A stretch of 64,000 nt of DNA from NCBI GenBank assembly GCA_965248435.1, contig OZ252100.1:2304001-2368000 (forward strand). The letters run 5' to 3'. This document shows, one piece after another, positions 18,865 through 28,204 of this stretch; the stretch's first letter is position 1; each line of letters begins with the position of its first letter. The notes under the pieces were generated by a model, which saw only the letters and a list, made by a program, of their open reading frames with translations, did not search any database and had not been told where the DNA came from. The translations under genes and the position numbers were made by a program. Source of the DNA: Candidatus Latescibacterota bacterium (GTDB lineage: Bacteria > Latescibacterota > UBA2968 > GCA-2709665).

Positions 18865-19854
18865 CTAAGGCGCGCCTTGTCCTGTCCGTAGAATGCAGGC
18901 CACGCTATGGTCCGATTCGACTTCGAGGAGGTCGGGGACCACCCGGCTGCAGGCCTCCTCCTTTTCCGGACACCTCGGATGAAACGGACACCCAGAGGGG
19001 ACGTTGGCAGGGCTCGGAACATCCCCGCTCAGCACGGTCCGCGATCGCTTCCTGCGGGGATCCGGAACCGGAACCGCCGACAGCAGGGCCATGGTATACG
19101 GATGCTGCGGATTCGTGTAGAGCTGCTTGCTGTCGGCAATCTCCACAATCCGCCCCAGGTACATCACCGCGACGCGATCTGAGATGTGGCGGACAACGCT
19201 CAGGTCGTGTGCAACGAAGAGATAGGTCAGGCCCAATCGGGCCTGCAGGTCCTGCAGCAGGTTGATGATCTGGGCCTGAATCGACACGTCGAGGGCGGAG
19301 ACAGGCTCGTCTGCGACAATAAACCGGGGGTTCACGGCCAGGGCCCGCGCAATTCCGATGCGCTGACGCTGTCCCCCGCTGAATTCGTGTGGATATCGCC
19401 GGGCGTAGTCGGGCCGAAGGCCCACGGTGTCCAAAAGCTCGGCGATCCTCGAGCGCAGAGCCCGTCCCCTGGCCAGCTTGTGGATCTTCAGCGCCTCCGA
19501 TAACATTCCGCCGACGGTCATCCGCGGATTCAGCGAACTGTAGGGGTCCTGAAAGATGATCTGCATCTGTCTTCGGATCGCCCGAAGGCCCTTTCGGCTC
19601 AGTGCCCGGACGTCTGTCCCGTCAAACTTGATTCGTCCCTCGGTCGGTTCGATCAGCCTCAGGATGGACCGACCGGCCGTCGTCTTCCCGCAGCCCGACT
19701 CGCCCACCAGCCCAAGGGTCTCGCCCTCACGGATCGAAAGGGATACCCCATCCACGGCCCGAACGTGGCCTGAAACCCTCGAAAAGACCCCACTCGTGAT
19801 CGGAAAGTGTTTCTTCAGATTCCTCACTTCGACGAGCGAGTCCCCGGTCGTCAA
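18865..19854 (-). CDS. oligopeptide/dipeptide ABC transporter ATP-binding protein (OppF/DppF-like)
   Basis: [25 protein letters not shown] and C-terminal CPFHPRC. The TTG start overlaps the upstream stop. Confidence 0.95.
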   Translation of the reverse strand: MTTGDSLVEVRNLKKHFPITSGVFSRVSGHVRAVDGVSLSIREGETLGLVGESGCGKTTAGRSILRLIEPTEGRIKFDGTDVRALSRKGLRAIRRQMQIIFQDPYSSLNPRMTVGGMLSEALKIHKLARGRALRSRIAELLDTVGLRPDYARRYPHEFSGGQRQRIGIARALAVNPRFIVADEPVSALDVSIQAQIINLLQDLQARLGLTYLFVAHDLSVVRHISDRVAVMYLGRIVEIADSKQLYTNPQHPYTMALLSAVPVPDPRRKRSRTVLSGDVPSPANVPSGCPFHPRCPEKEEACSRVVPDLLEVESDHSVACILRTGQGAP

Positions 19855-20864
19855 ATCGAACCCTCTTGAGCGTGATGGGGTGCGGGATACCCCTCGGACA
19901 TCCAGCACGCCACGGGGTGCCCACCTTCCACATCCAGCAGGGCCGGCTCAGATTCCGTGCAGATGGCTTCTGCTGACGGGCACCTCGGAGAAAAGCGACA
20001 TCCCTCAGGAAAGGCGATCGCATCGGGCACTGTGCCCGGGATCACCAGGAGCCGATCCTGTTCTTCGGTGAGCTTGGGAATCGACTTGAGCAGCCCCTGC
20101 GTGTAAGGATGCCGGGGCTCCACAAAGATCTCTTCCACGCCACCCGTTTCCACGATCTTTCCGGCATACATCACCGCCACGCGGTCCGCGACCTCCGCAA
20201 TCACCCCGAGGTCGTGGGTGATCATCAAGACAGCCATTCCGAATTCTTCTTTGAGCGCGTCCAGCAGCTCAAGGATCTGGGCCTGGATCGTCACGTCCAG
20301 GGCTGTCGTTGGCTCATCGGCGATCAGCACATCGGGATTGCACGACAACGCCATCGCGATCATCACGCGCTGTCGCATCCCGCCTGAGAGTTGATGCGGA
20401 TACTCTTCGGCACGTTGCGCGGGGTCAGGAATCCCGACCCGGTGAAGCATCTCCACCGTCTTTTCACGAGCCGCCTGTCGCTCGAGCCCCTGGTGGAGCA
20501 TCACCGCCTCATCGATCTGGAATCCGCAGGTAAAGACTGGATTGAGGCTCGTCATCGGCTCTTGAAAAATCATCGCGATGTCGTTTCCGCGCACCTCCCG
20601 CATCTCCCCCTCGCTCAGCTTCAGCAGGTCTCTTCCCTTAAAATGGATCGTCCCCTCCGCGATTTGCCCCGGCGGCTCGGGGATCAGCCGCATCATGCTC
20701 AGTGAGGTTACGCTTTTCCCACAGCCCGATTCTCCCACCAGACCCAGGGTCTCCCCCTTGTCCAGGGTGAAGGAAACGCCGTCGACCGCGCGTGCGACCC
20801 CGTCGTCGGTGTAGAAATAAGTCTTAAGGTTTTCGACATTTAAGAGCGGTTCAGACATGGTCAT
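19851..20864 (-). CDS. oligopeptide/dipeptide ABC transporter ATP-binding protein (OppD/DppD-like)
   Basis: [24 protein letters not shown] and CRFSPRC motifs. Confidence 0.95.
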   Translation of the reverse strand: MTMSEPLLNVENLKTYFYTDDGVARAVDGVSFTLDKGETLGLVGESGCGKSVTSLSMMRLIPEPPGQIAEGTIHFKGRDLLKLSEGEMREVRGNDIAMIFQEPMTSLNPVFTCGFQIDEAVMLHQGLERQAAREKTVEMLHRVGIPDPAQRAEEYPHQLSGGMRQRVMIAMALSCNPDVLIADEPTTALDVTIQAQILELLDALKEEFGMAVLMITHDLGVIAEVADRVAVMYAGKIVETGGVEEIFVEPRHPYTQGLLKSIPKLTEEQDRLLVIPGTVPDAIAFPEGCRFSPRCPSAEAICTESEPALLDVEGGHPVACWMSEGYPAPHHAQEGSI

Positions 20865-21053
20865 ACTCGGATCTGCAGGAAGGACAATATGAGTTAAACT
20901 CCCGGCCCTGGGCCGTGTTCCCGATTCGTGTCTCGTAACCAGCAGGTTTCGAGTTTCTAGTCTCTAGTTTCTGGTTCACATCACATCAGTTGTGAATCCG
21001 CCGACAGATTTGCCATTGACTCGAAACCCGAAACTCAAAACTCGAAACTGCTC

Positions 21054-21788
21054 CTAAAACAAGGGAATCTCCAATTTCAACCAGCCTTCCAGGAGAAAGA
21101 TCACCCTTCCGATAAGCAGGGAGAGTCGCGCCATAATCGTATACCCGAAGGAAGCGCCGAAGGAGACCATCAGGAACCAGATCCCGACTCGGGATGTGAC
21201 ACCGACCGCACCGGTATGTTCTACGGAGAAGAAGAAATAGATCAGGACACTCACCACACCGATCAGGATGATGAGCAGGTTCAGCCCTTCTACGCTCAGG
21301 CTGAGCGGGCTGAGTGTAGGCTGAATCTGGGCAAGAATTTTTGCGGAGATGGTCCTGGGGATGCTGAAACCGGCACCCAGCCCGACAACAAAGGCGAAGG
21401 CGATGCGACTCAGCCATCCAAACCGGATTGAAAATCGTGTCAGCATCAAAAGGCCCAGAATCGTCGGAACGGCCAACAACCAGGCCGATCCGTCGGCCGC
21501 ATCCTCACCCAGGCCGAACACCGTCTTGATGATCTCGCCGAAAAGTGTCGGATACCAGACCTGGCCGAACGTGTAACCCGCCGCGACACCAACGTAAAGA
21601 TGCTCAGCAAACTTGAAGAGGGGATTGTCCCTGTAGAGGAAGCTGTAAAGGGCAAGCGTCACGCCGGCGGCGACGATAACACCGAATCCGTTCCAATCGG
21701 CTTCTACCGTTCCGTTGATCAGCAGAACCCCGTTGACGAGGACCAGAAATCCGATGAATCCGGCAATGAGGCTGGCGTCTCGACTCAT
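21054..21788 (-). CDS. polytopic membrane protein of unknown function (GlmL-associated module)
   Basis: Very hydrophobic; YSFLYRDNPLFKFAEHLYVG and FGASFGYTIMAR; overlaps the upstream stop. Confidence 0.75.
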   Translation of the reverse strand: MSRDASLIAGFIGFLVLVNGVLLINGTVEADWNGFGVIVAAGVTLALYSFLYRDNPLFKFAEHLYVGVAAGYTFGQVWYPTLFGEIIKTVFGLGEDAADGSAWLLAVPTILGLLMLTRFSIRFGWLSRIAFAFVVGLGAGFSIPRTISAKILAQIQPTLSPLSLSVEGLNLLIILIGVVSVLIYFFFSVEHTGAVGVTSRVGIWFLMVSFGASFGYTIMARLSLLIGRVIFLLEGWLKLEIPLF

Positions 21789-22627
21789 CCTCCACCCCCG
21801 CCGGCCGGCCCATCAGAACGCCGGCTCAAGAAGTACATCACGTTGCCCAAGACGATGAACGCGACGATAACGACGTGCGTCACAGACTGAGGCCGCATGC
21901 CGGTCGTAGCCGTTCCCGCGTGCTTCACGAGGCTCTCATACTCTGCCGCGCCCGCCAGTCCGCCGATGAGGCCGACGAGCTGCTTCGACTGAAGGTAGGG
22001 AAAGAGATCGGGCGCCATCACCGCTGTACATCCTGCTCCAAACGGGAACTTGTATTTCTCCTGTCCGTAGGGGATCCACCACTCGTCAACCGAACTTCCT
22101 GCAGCCAGGTCGACAACGAAGCTGAAGTCCCTGAGCGTTCGGATGTCGCGGGTAACTTTCAGACTGTCTGCCCGTGCACCGCCGACATCTCGCGGAAAGG
22201 CGCTCTGGAAATCCTGGCCCATGTTGATCACGACGATGGCGGCTCCCGGCTTGTAGCCCATAAAGGCGTAGTCCACCCCGTAGACCTTGTTGAACTCCTC
22301 GGCCGTCGTGTCCAGGGCCTGCTTGGCCAGTCCGGGCGCATCCGGCCACAGGCAGACCACCACGACCTTGATGTCCCGGCTGAAGAGGTGTCGCAGCAGG
22401 GCCAGGGCCATCGGCTGGAGTTCGGGCTCCGATCCCGGACCGTAGTTGAAAGCCAGAAGCACGGGACCCCCCTCCTCCGCCACCCGTTCAACCTCCCTGT
22501 AGATCGACCGAACCGTGGAGGTGGCCTTGATCGGGAAGGAGAACTCTACGAGCAGTGAGATCAGGACGCCGAGGAAGACAAACACGAAAATGATCCTGCG
22601 ATCCAGATTCATCAACCGTTCTGTCAT
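21785..22627 (-). CDS. membrane-anchored protein of unknown function (GlmL-associated module)
   Basis: Start MTERLMNLDRR overlaps the upstream stop. N- and C-terminal TM segments flank a soluble domain (PELQPM, YGVDYAFMGY, GLAGAAEYE). Confidence 0.75.
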   Translation of the reverse strand: MTERLMNLDRRIIFVFVFLGVLISLLVEFSFPIKATSTVRSIYREVERVAEEGGPVLLAFNYGPGSEPELQPMALALLRHLFSRDIKVVVVCLWPDAPGLAKQALDTTAEEFNKVYGVDYAFMGYKPGAAIVVINMGQDFQSAFPRDVGGARADSLKVTRDIRTLRDFSFVVDLAAGSSVDEWWIPYGQEKYKFPFGAGCTAVMAPDLFPYLQSKQLVGLIGGLAGAAEYESLVKHAGTATTGMRPQSVTHVVIVAFIVLGNVMYFLSRRSDGPAGGGGG

Positions 22628-23280
22628 TCCTCGCCTCCCCCGAGATACGCCCGCTCGATCCCGAAGATGATCCGCAGGGAGGTCGCAATCGCCCCCAGGC
22701 TGACCCCCAGCAGGATGCCCCGCTTGGCCGCGAGATTCGGGACTGCCATCAACCACTGCGAGGCCTGCGGAATCAGGTCAGAGATGTAGGCCCCGATCGG
22801 CACCCGACCCAGCATGACCACCACGGCAGCGACGAGGAGGATCGCTGCCTCGGGCGTTCTCGCACGAAACGTCCGGTAGGCTGCCGAAGCGATAAAGAAC
22901 GCCAGGATCGAGAACATCGTGGCGCCTGCCGGCACGTGCACGTAGAGGAAGAGCCATTGGTAGCCGCCCGCCCTCGCTTGAGGCGCAAAGGGCCCGGTCC
23001 CGTCATTGTAAAGGACAAACAACAACATCAGGGCGAAACCGACGTGGACGAAAATGCTATATCCCCATCCGGCCTGCCGCCTCCGAATGCGATCCCAATG
23101 GAGTTTCAGCAGGCTGAAGAGACCCAGGAAGAAAGCAAACGCGAAGATGATCCGAAGCCAGAGGGATAGGGTCTTTTCGAGGTTCTGGGCAATCCCGTGA
23201 GGGATGTAATAGATGGCGATCCCTATAACTCCGAAGCAAAAAGCAATGGCCAGAGGGAGCGTACGTCTCAAAAAGAGCAT
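22624..23280 (-). CDS. polytopic membrane protein of unknown function (GlmL-associated module)
   Basis: About six TM segments; ATMFSILAFFIASAAYRTFRAR and GIERAYLG. Confidence 0.75.
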   Translation of the reverse strand: MLFLRRTLPLAIAFCFGVIGIAIYYIPHGIAQNLEKTLSLWLRIIFAFAFFLGLFSLLKLHWDRIRRRQAGWGYSIFVHVGFALMLLFVLYNDGTGPFAPQARAGGYQWLFLYVHVPAGATMFSILAFFIASAAYRTFRARTPEAAILLVAAVVVMLGRVPIGAYISDLIPQASQWLMAVPNLAAKRGILLGVSLGAIATSLRIIFGIERAYLGGGEE

Positions 23281-23292
23281 GCGATCGATCCC

Positions 23293-24510
23293 CTAAAACG
23301 GAGTGAGCACGTGGGTCAAGAAAGGCAAATCGAACGTTGCCAACACAGTACCCGCGATCAGGACGAAGAGCAGGATCGCCTTGCCAACATCCTGGCCCTT
23401 CAGACTCCCCAGCAGCCTGGGTTCGCGGGCCAGGTAGGCGCTGGCAGCGTAGAGTTCCTCGCCCATCAGGGTGTAGTCACACGTCGTCACGAAGAACGGA
23501 AGCTGCGTGTAGGAGTCTGTCCCGGCGATCTGGATGGCTCCTATAGAGGCCCCGGTCTCGGCAAGAAGAAGCGATTCGGCGTAGAAATAGCCCATCATGA
23601 TGTTCGCTGCAGGCTGCTCGCGAACCATCATCCCATCCACGGCCGCCGCGTAGCTGAACTGCTCCGTCCCCGCCAGGAAAACGTTGTCTGAGTTGTAAGC
23701 ATCCGGGCGCCCCGCACTCAGATAGGCCTCCTTGACCACCTCCTGGCTCACCGCCAGAACCACGGGATCATAATTTGCCACACGCAAAGCCGTGTCGTAC
23801 TCCGCGGTCCTCAGGGCGACGCGCCCCAGGATATTCACCGCTGCGATCGTCGAGATGCTGTCCATGCCCGTCAGGCCGTGCGCGAACAGCACCGGCTTGC
23901 CCATCTCGGTCGCTCGGCCAAGGGCTTCGTCCAGCGCCTCGAGACCGGCGATACGCCGGATGCTCAGTTCCCTGCGTCTGGCCAGGCTGATGTAGGCCAG
24001 AATGATTACCGAGAAGACGGTGCCCAGGATAAAGTTGTTCAGCTTCGCCCAATTGAAGAGGTTCCCATACGCCTCCGCCTGGACGACGGCGCTCTGCGCA
24101 CCCTCTCCACGGATACCGATCCGAAAAGTGTAGGGCTTGTTATTTTCGAGATCCGTTTTCGAAGGCGGGTCGACCGGGACGGTATATTTCCCAACGTGGA
24201 CGAAGTGGTAGTCCCTGTTCTCTTCGCTGTAGCCGAACAGGCCTGGCGCTTCTGACATCAGGCTGCCTGCAGCGTCCACCTCCGCAGCGAGATAGAACGG
24301 CCCGTCGGGCACCTCGGCGATCATGATCTCGTAGACCCTGCCGGCTGGTGCAGCCGCATCGCGTCGCCAGGTGAGCGTGATGTGCTTCCCCGCATCGTTC
24401 GGCGTATCGAAGGCCTTCACCTCGGTCGGGGGCGACACCTGGGCGTTCGCTTCACCCACAAACGAAAACAGCGCCAGCAAGATCGCCACACACTTTGCTC
24501 GATCAATCAC
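23293..24510 (-). CDS. signal-peptide/FN3-like plus DUF6754-like membrane protein
   Basis: N-terminal 'DTPNDAG..ITLTW' FN3-like start; C-terminal IRRIAGLEALDEALGRATEMGKPV, AESLLLAETG and GEELYAASAYL. Confidence 0.7.
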   Translation of the reverse strand: MIDRAKCVAILLALFSFVGEANAQVSPPTEVKAFDTPNDAGKHITLTWRRDAAAPAGRVYEIMIAEVPDGPFYLAAEVDAAGSLMSEAPGLFGYSEENRDYHFVHVGKYTVPVDPPSKTDLENNKPYTFRIGIRGEGAQSAVVQAEAYGNLFNWAKLNNFILGTVFSVIILAYISLARRRELSIRRIAGLEALDEALGRATEMGKPVLFAHGLTGMDSISTIAAVNILGRVALRTAEYDTALRVANYDPVVLAVSQEVVKEAYLSAGRPDAYNSDNVFLAGTEQFSYAAAVDGMMVREQPAANIMMGYFYAESLLLAETGASIGAIQIAGTDSYTQLPFFVTTCDYTLMGEELYAASAYLAREPRLLGSLKGQDVGKAILLFVLIAGTVLATFDLPFLTHVLTPF

Positions 24511-24670
24511 GCCGATCCTCTTCCTCGTTTATTGTCTTTGTTCTTCTCTCATGAACTACGATCTCTCGCGGTGCTCGTATTTGATCTCCCGGTAACCAGC
24601 TTTTCACTGGTTTGGGCGAACACAAGGTTCGGACGATACCCGGACTTTACGGTTCCCGGTACCCGACTTC

Positions 24671-25798
24671 TTACTCAGCGATCAGTTCCACATTCGCCCG
24701 GGGAATCACCGCAACGCCGCCGTCATCGAACTCGACCTCGAGCACGCGCACCTTCGCCCCCGAATCCACCTCTTGAAGCTCCGCAGGCAGCGCCGTCACC
24801 TTCCCGATCCTGCCGAAGTAGGGCGCCCGAATCGCTCGCAGAACGGCCCCAACAGAAAGCCCCTTCCCTGACTCGGAACGAGCTGTTGCAGTCATCTCCT
24901 TTACATCTATATCAGGGATAATGATCTCTGGCCGCATCACGCCGGCCCGGATCTGTGTGGCTCCCGAAATCGAGGCCTCTCTTCCCGTGCGATCCTTCAG
25001 GAGTTCAAACGTCCGCTTCGCCATCGCGATTTCGCCGAACCCTTCGGTCACGATCGCCGCGAGCCCGATCTCCTCTGCACCCGTGATGGCCACCCCGAGG
25101 TCTGCACCGAGTAGGGAACGCAGGTCCTGATCCCGAATGCCGCCGCCGATCACCCCGACGGCACCCACTTCCTGCGCACGGCGGATGCCGTCGAGCGTGA
25201 GCAGACCCCCCGCCACGACAATCCTTCCCTCGCATTCGGTATCGATCTGGGCTGCATCGAGAGCCTGATCAGAGGCGTCAGCCAGGACGTGGAGGGGACC
25301 CCAGTATTCTCCACCCACCCCGAAGATCCCCTGAATAAAGGCGCCCGATGTCCCGATGACAACACCTTCGTCTGGTATCACTTCGACGACGTTGCCATCC
25401 ACATAGGCGTGGACCTGAACCGGGCGGGGAGGCTCGCGCAGGAGCACCTGACCTGTGATGGCTGAGACGCTCTCCACCTTTCCCGTGATCGGAGACGACA
25501 CCGTCGTCTTGAACCACTTGATGAAGGGACAGGTCTCGGCGAGCGGCTCACCTTTCTCTACCGGATCCCCTTCTCCCTTCAGCATGTAAGAAGGCAGTTC
25601 GGACGGTGTCGCGCCGAGCCGGTTGACTAGGTTGAGCGTCGTCACATTTCCTGGAAGCTCGGTCTTTGCCACCACTTGATCTCTGCGAACCCGCTCGCCT
25701 TCGGAAACCAGGATTTCCCCCTTTAAGGGGAGCTGCCTGCGCCTTCGCAGAGCGGCCTGTGGTGTGACCCGGAGACCGGGCGTGTAGGTGTGTGCCAC
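24671..25798 (-). CDS. soluble protein with barrel-sandwich-hybrid-like motifs (GlmL-associated)
   Basis: MAHTYTPGL start, two 'V.EG..V..G' hybrid-motif-like segments, IQGIFGVGGE, TQIRAGVMRPEIII and PYFGRIGKV. Confidence 0.7.
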   Translation of the reverse strand: MAHTYTPGLRVTPQAALRRRRQLPLKGEILVSEGERVRRDQVVAKTELPGNVTTLNLVNRLGATPSELPSYMLKGEGDPVEKGEPLAETCPFIKWFKTTVSSPITGKVESVSAITGQVLLREPPRPVQVHAYVDGNVVEVIPDEGVVIGTSGAFIQGIFGVGGEYWGPLHVLADASDQALDAAQIDTECEGRIVVAGGLLTLDGIRRAQEVGAVGVIGGGIRDQDLRSLLGADLGVAITGAEEIGLAAIVTEGFGEIAMAKRTFELLKDRTGREASISGATQIRAGVMRPEIIIPDIDVKEMTATARSESGKGLSVGAVLRAIRAPYFGRIGKVTALPAELQEVDSGAKVRVLEVEFDDGGVAVIPRANVELIAE

Positions 25799-25801
25799 GA
25801 C

Positions 25802-26878
25802 TTACTCAAACCTCATTTTTGGATCAAGCGCGTCCCGAAGCCCATCTCCAAGCAGGTTGTACATCGTAACGGTCAGAAAAATGGCAAACCCGGGGACCAC
25901 CACGAGCCACCACGCGGAGGCATTGCTCCTTGCACCCGCAAGCAGAGATCCCCACGTGATGGCCTCAGCCGGGACGCCGATCCCCAGAAAGCTCAGGCCC
26001 GACTCCGCCAGAATGGCCCCGGCGACTCCGAAGGCAGCGGGGATCAATACGGGGGCGATCGCATTTGGGAGAATGTGCACGAACATGATTCGGGTGCTCG
26101 AATACCCCAGACCCCCTGCCGCCGTCACAAAATCGAATCCTCGAACCTGCAGGAACTGCGCTCGCGTCAATCGGGCGATCCCCACCCACCCCGTAAACCC
26201 GATGATGATCATAATAAAAAAGAGGCTCGGAGGGAAGAATGCCGCAGCGGTAATGATCAGGAAGAACGTGGGAATCGCCTGCCAGAGCTCAAATAACCTG
26301 GATAGCAGAAGGTCCACCCACCCCCCGAAGTAGCCGGCCAGCGCGCCGAGTAGAACGCCGATAAACATCGAGATCCCGACCGATACGAGGCCGATCGTCA
26401 AGGCATAACGGGCTCCGTGAATCAATCCTGAGAGGACGTCCCGCCCCAGCCGGTCGGTCCCCATGAAGTGTTCACGGTTTGGAGACTGGTACTTTTCGTT
26501 CAAATGGATCTCGTTCGGCGCGTAGGGGACGGGCGGAAAGATCGCCCGCGACGTCTTCAGACGTTTGAAGTTTCGCCGTTTCCTCAGTTCTGCAGGCCAG
26601 TCCACCAGACCGAGATGCACGCCGTACTGACGGAACGCAGGGAAGTAGACATTTCCCTTGTATTCCATGTAGTAAGGTTTGTTGCCGGCAAGAAGATCTG
26701 CGCCTCCGGCGACCAGGGTAAGCCCGCAAATTGCAATCAGGCCAATCACTCCCAGTCTGTTCTTCCGGAACTGCTTCCACACCAACTTGGAATACGACTG
26801 TGTTTCACGGCCTTCTTCGTACCCGCCCGTGGCGTCAGAAGCCTCCTCGTGATGCTCGTGCTCAATCAATTCAGACAC
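25802..26878 (-). CDS. peptide ABC transporter permease (OppC/DppC-like)
   Basis: GTDRLGRD, HILPN, LSFLGIG and NLLGDGLRDALDP motifs. Confidence 0.95.
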   Translation of the reverse strand: MSELIEHEHHEEASDATGGYEEGRETQSYSKLVWKQFRKNRLGVIGLIAICGLTLVAGGADLLAGNKPYYMEYKGNVYFPAFRQYGVHLGLVDWPAELRKRRNFKRLKTSRAIFPPVPYAPNEIHLNEKYQSPNREHFMGTDRLGRDVLSGLIHGARYALTIGLVSVGISMFIGVLLGALAGYFGGWVDLLLSRLFELWQAIPTFFLIITAAAFFPPSLFFIMIIIGFTGWVGIARLTRAQFLQVRGFDFVTAAGGLGYSSTRIMFVHILPNAIAPVLIPAAFGVAGAILAESGLSFLGIGVPAEAITWGSLLAGARSNASAWWLVVVPGFAIFLTVTMYNLLGDGLRDALDPKMRFE

Positions 26879-26881
26879 CGG

Positions 26882-28183
26882 CTACCCCTGAAGTCCGGAA
26901 AATTCAATGCGCGGATCCACGACCTTCAAAAGAATGTCCGCAGCAAGTATCCCGATCAGCGTCAGCGCTGACCCGATCGTAAACATCGCCATCACGACCG
27001 GATAGTCTCTCACGAGCACCGACTGAAAGCCCAGATACCCGAGGCCCGGGATCGTAAAGATCGTCTCGATGAATACCGATCCCGCGATCAGGCCCGGCAG
27101 CAGGTAGGCAAGGATGGTCACGATCGGAATAAGCGAATTGCGCAGCACGTGCTGCAGGACGACCACCTTTTCCGACAGCCCCTTTGCGCGTGCAGTGCGT
27201 ACGTAGTCCAGTCGTAAGTTTTCCAGCATGCTGGTCCGCATGAAGCGCGAGATCCCGGCGAAGCTCGAGTAGCTCGACGCCAGGATTGGCAGGATGAGAT
27301 GGTGGACGTGATCTTTCAACAAGCGCCACGCCCCCCAATCGGATGTCGCCTGAAGCGACTGGATCCCGGAAGCCGGGAACCAGTAGAAGAACTCCTTGTT
27401 GCAGAAGAAAATGATTAGGAGCATCCCGACCCAGAAGGAGGGCATAGACCAGAGCACGAACGTCCCGGCCGTGAGGACCCGATCGGTCAGCTCATTCTGC
27501 CGGACGGCCGACCAGACGCCGATCGGCAGGCCGATGATATAGGCAACGAAGAGGCTGATCAGGCTGATCTCTATCGTGATCGGAAGCCGTTCACTGATTC
27601 TCTGGATTACGGGGCGTTGGTCCTTGAAGGACCGGCCGAAGTTGAGCGTGACAAATCGTCTTCCAAGTAGCGTGAAAAGTTCCAGCCCCGGTCCATCGTA
27701 ACGGTAATTAGACTCGAGTTTAACCGTTCTGCCCTGCCAGAACGACGAAGTGATGAGTTCCTCGACCCGATCGGGAGCGTGCTTCCCGAAGTGTTCCAGA
27801 AATCTCGCCTTGCGCGCGTCCTCTTTCAGTCGACCGAGCGCCTCACGCACTTCGGGCGTCAGGTCGCCCATCACTCGGTCCACCTGCAGTGCGGTCCGGT
27901 CGAATCCACTGAGTCGCTCCACCCGCAGCAGCAGGTTCGACAACCAGCTCAGGTACTGAACGTGGATCGGCTTGTCCAGTCCAAGCTGCCGCCTGAGATC
28001 TTGCCGGGTCTTTTCGACGTCCGACGGTTCATCCGTGGAGATTCCCTCGCCTCCGGCAATCCCCCCCAGAAAGAGATCCACCGGGTCTCCCGGGGCCAGG
28101 TGCATAATCAGGAAGGAAATGAGCGTGATGCCGATCAATGTCGGAATCAGCAGCAGAATACGCTGGATGATATACTGAATCAT
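26882..28183 (-). CDS. peptide ABC transporter permease (OppB/DppB-like) with an inserted loop
   Basis: LAPGDP, LGLDKP, YVRTARAKGL, HVLRNSLIP and RDYPVV motifs. Confidence 0.95.
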   Translation of the reverse strand: MIQYIIQRILLLIPTLIGITLISFLIMHLAPGDPVDLFLGGIAGGEGISTDEPSDVEKTRQDLRRQLGLDKPIHVQYLSWLSNLLLRVERLSGFDRTALQVDRVMGDLTPEVREALGRLKEDARKARFLEHFGKHAPDRVEELITSSFWQGRTVKLESNYRYDGPGLELFTLLGRRFVTLNFGRSFKDQRPVIQRISERLPITIEISLISLFVAYIIGLPIGVWSAVRQNELTDRVLTAGTFVLWSMPSFWVGMLLIIFFCNKEFFYWFPASGIQSLQATSDWGAWRLLKDHVHHLILPILASSYSSFAGISRFMRTSMLENLRLDYVRTARAKGLSEKVVVLQHVLRNSLIPIVTILAYLLPGLIAGSVFIETIFTIPGLGYLGFQSVLVRDYPVVMAMFTIGSALTLIGILAADILLKVVDPRIEFSGLQG

Positions 28184-28204
28184 GGGTTATCGTTCGATGC
28201 CCGT

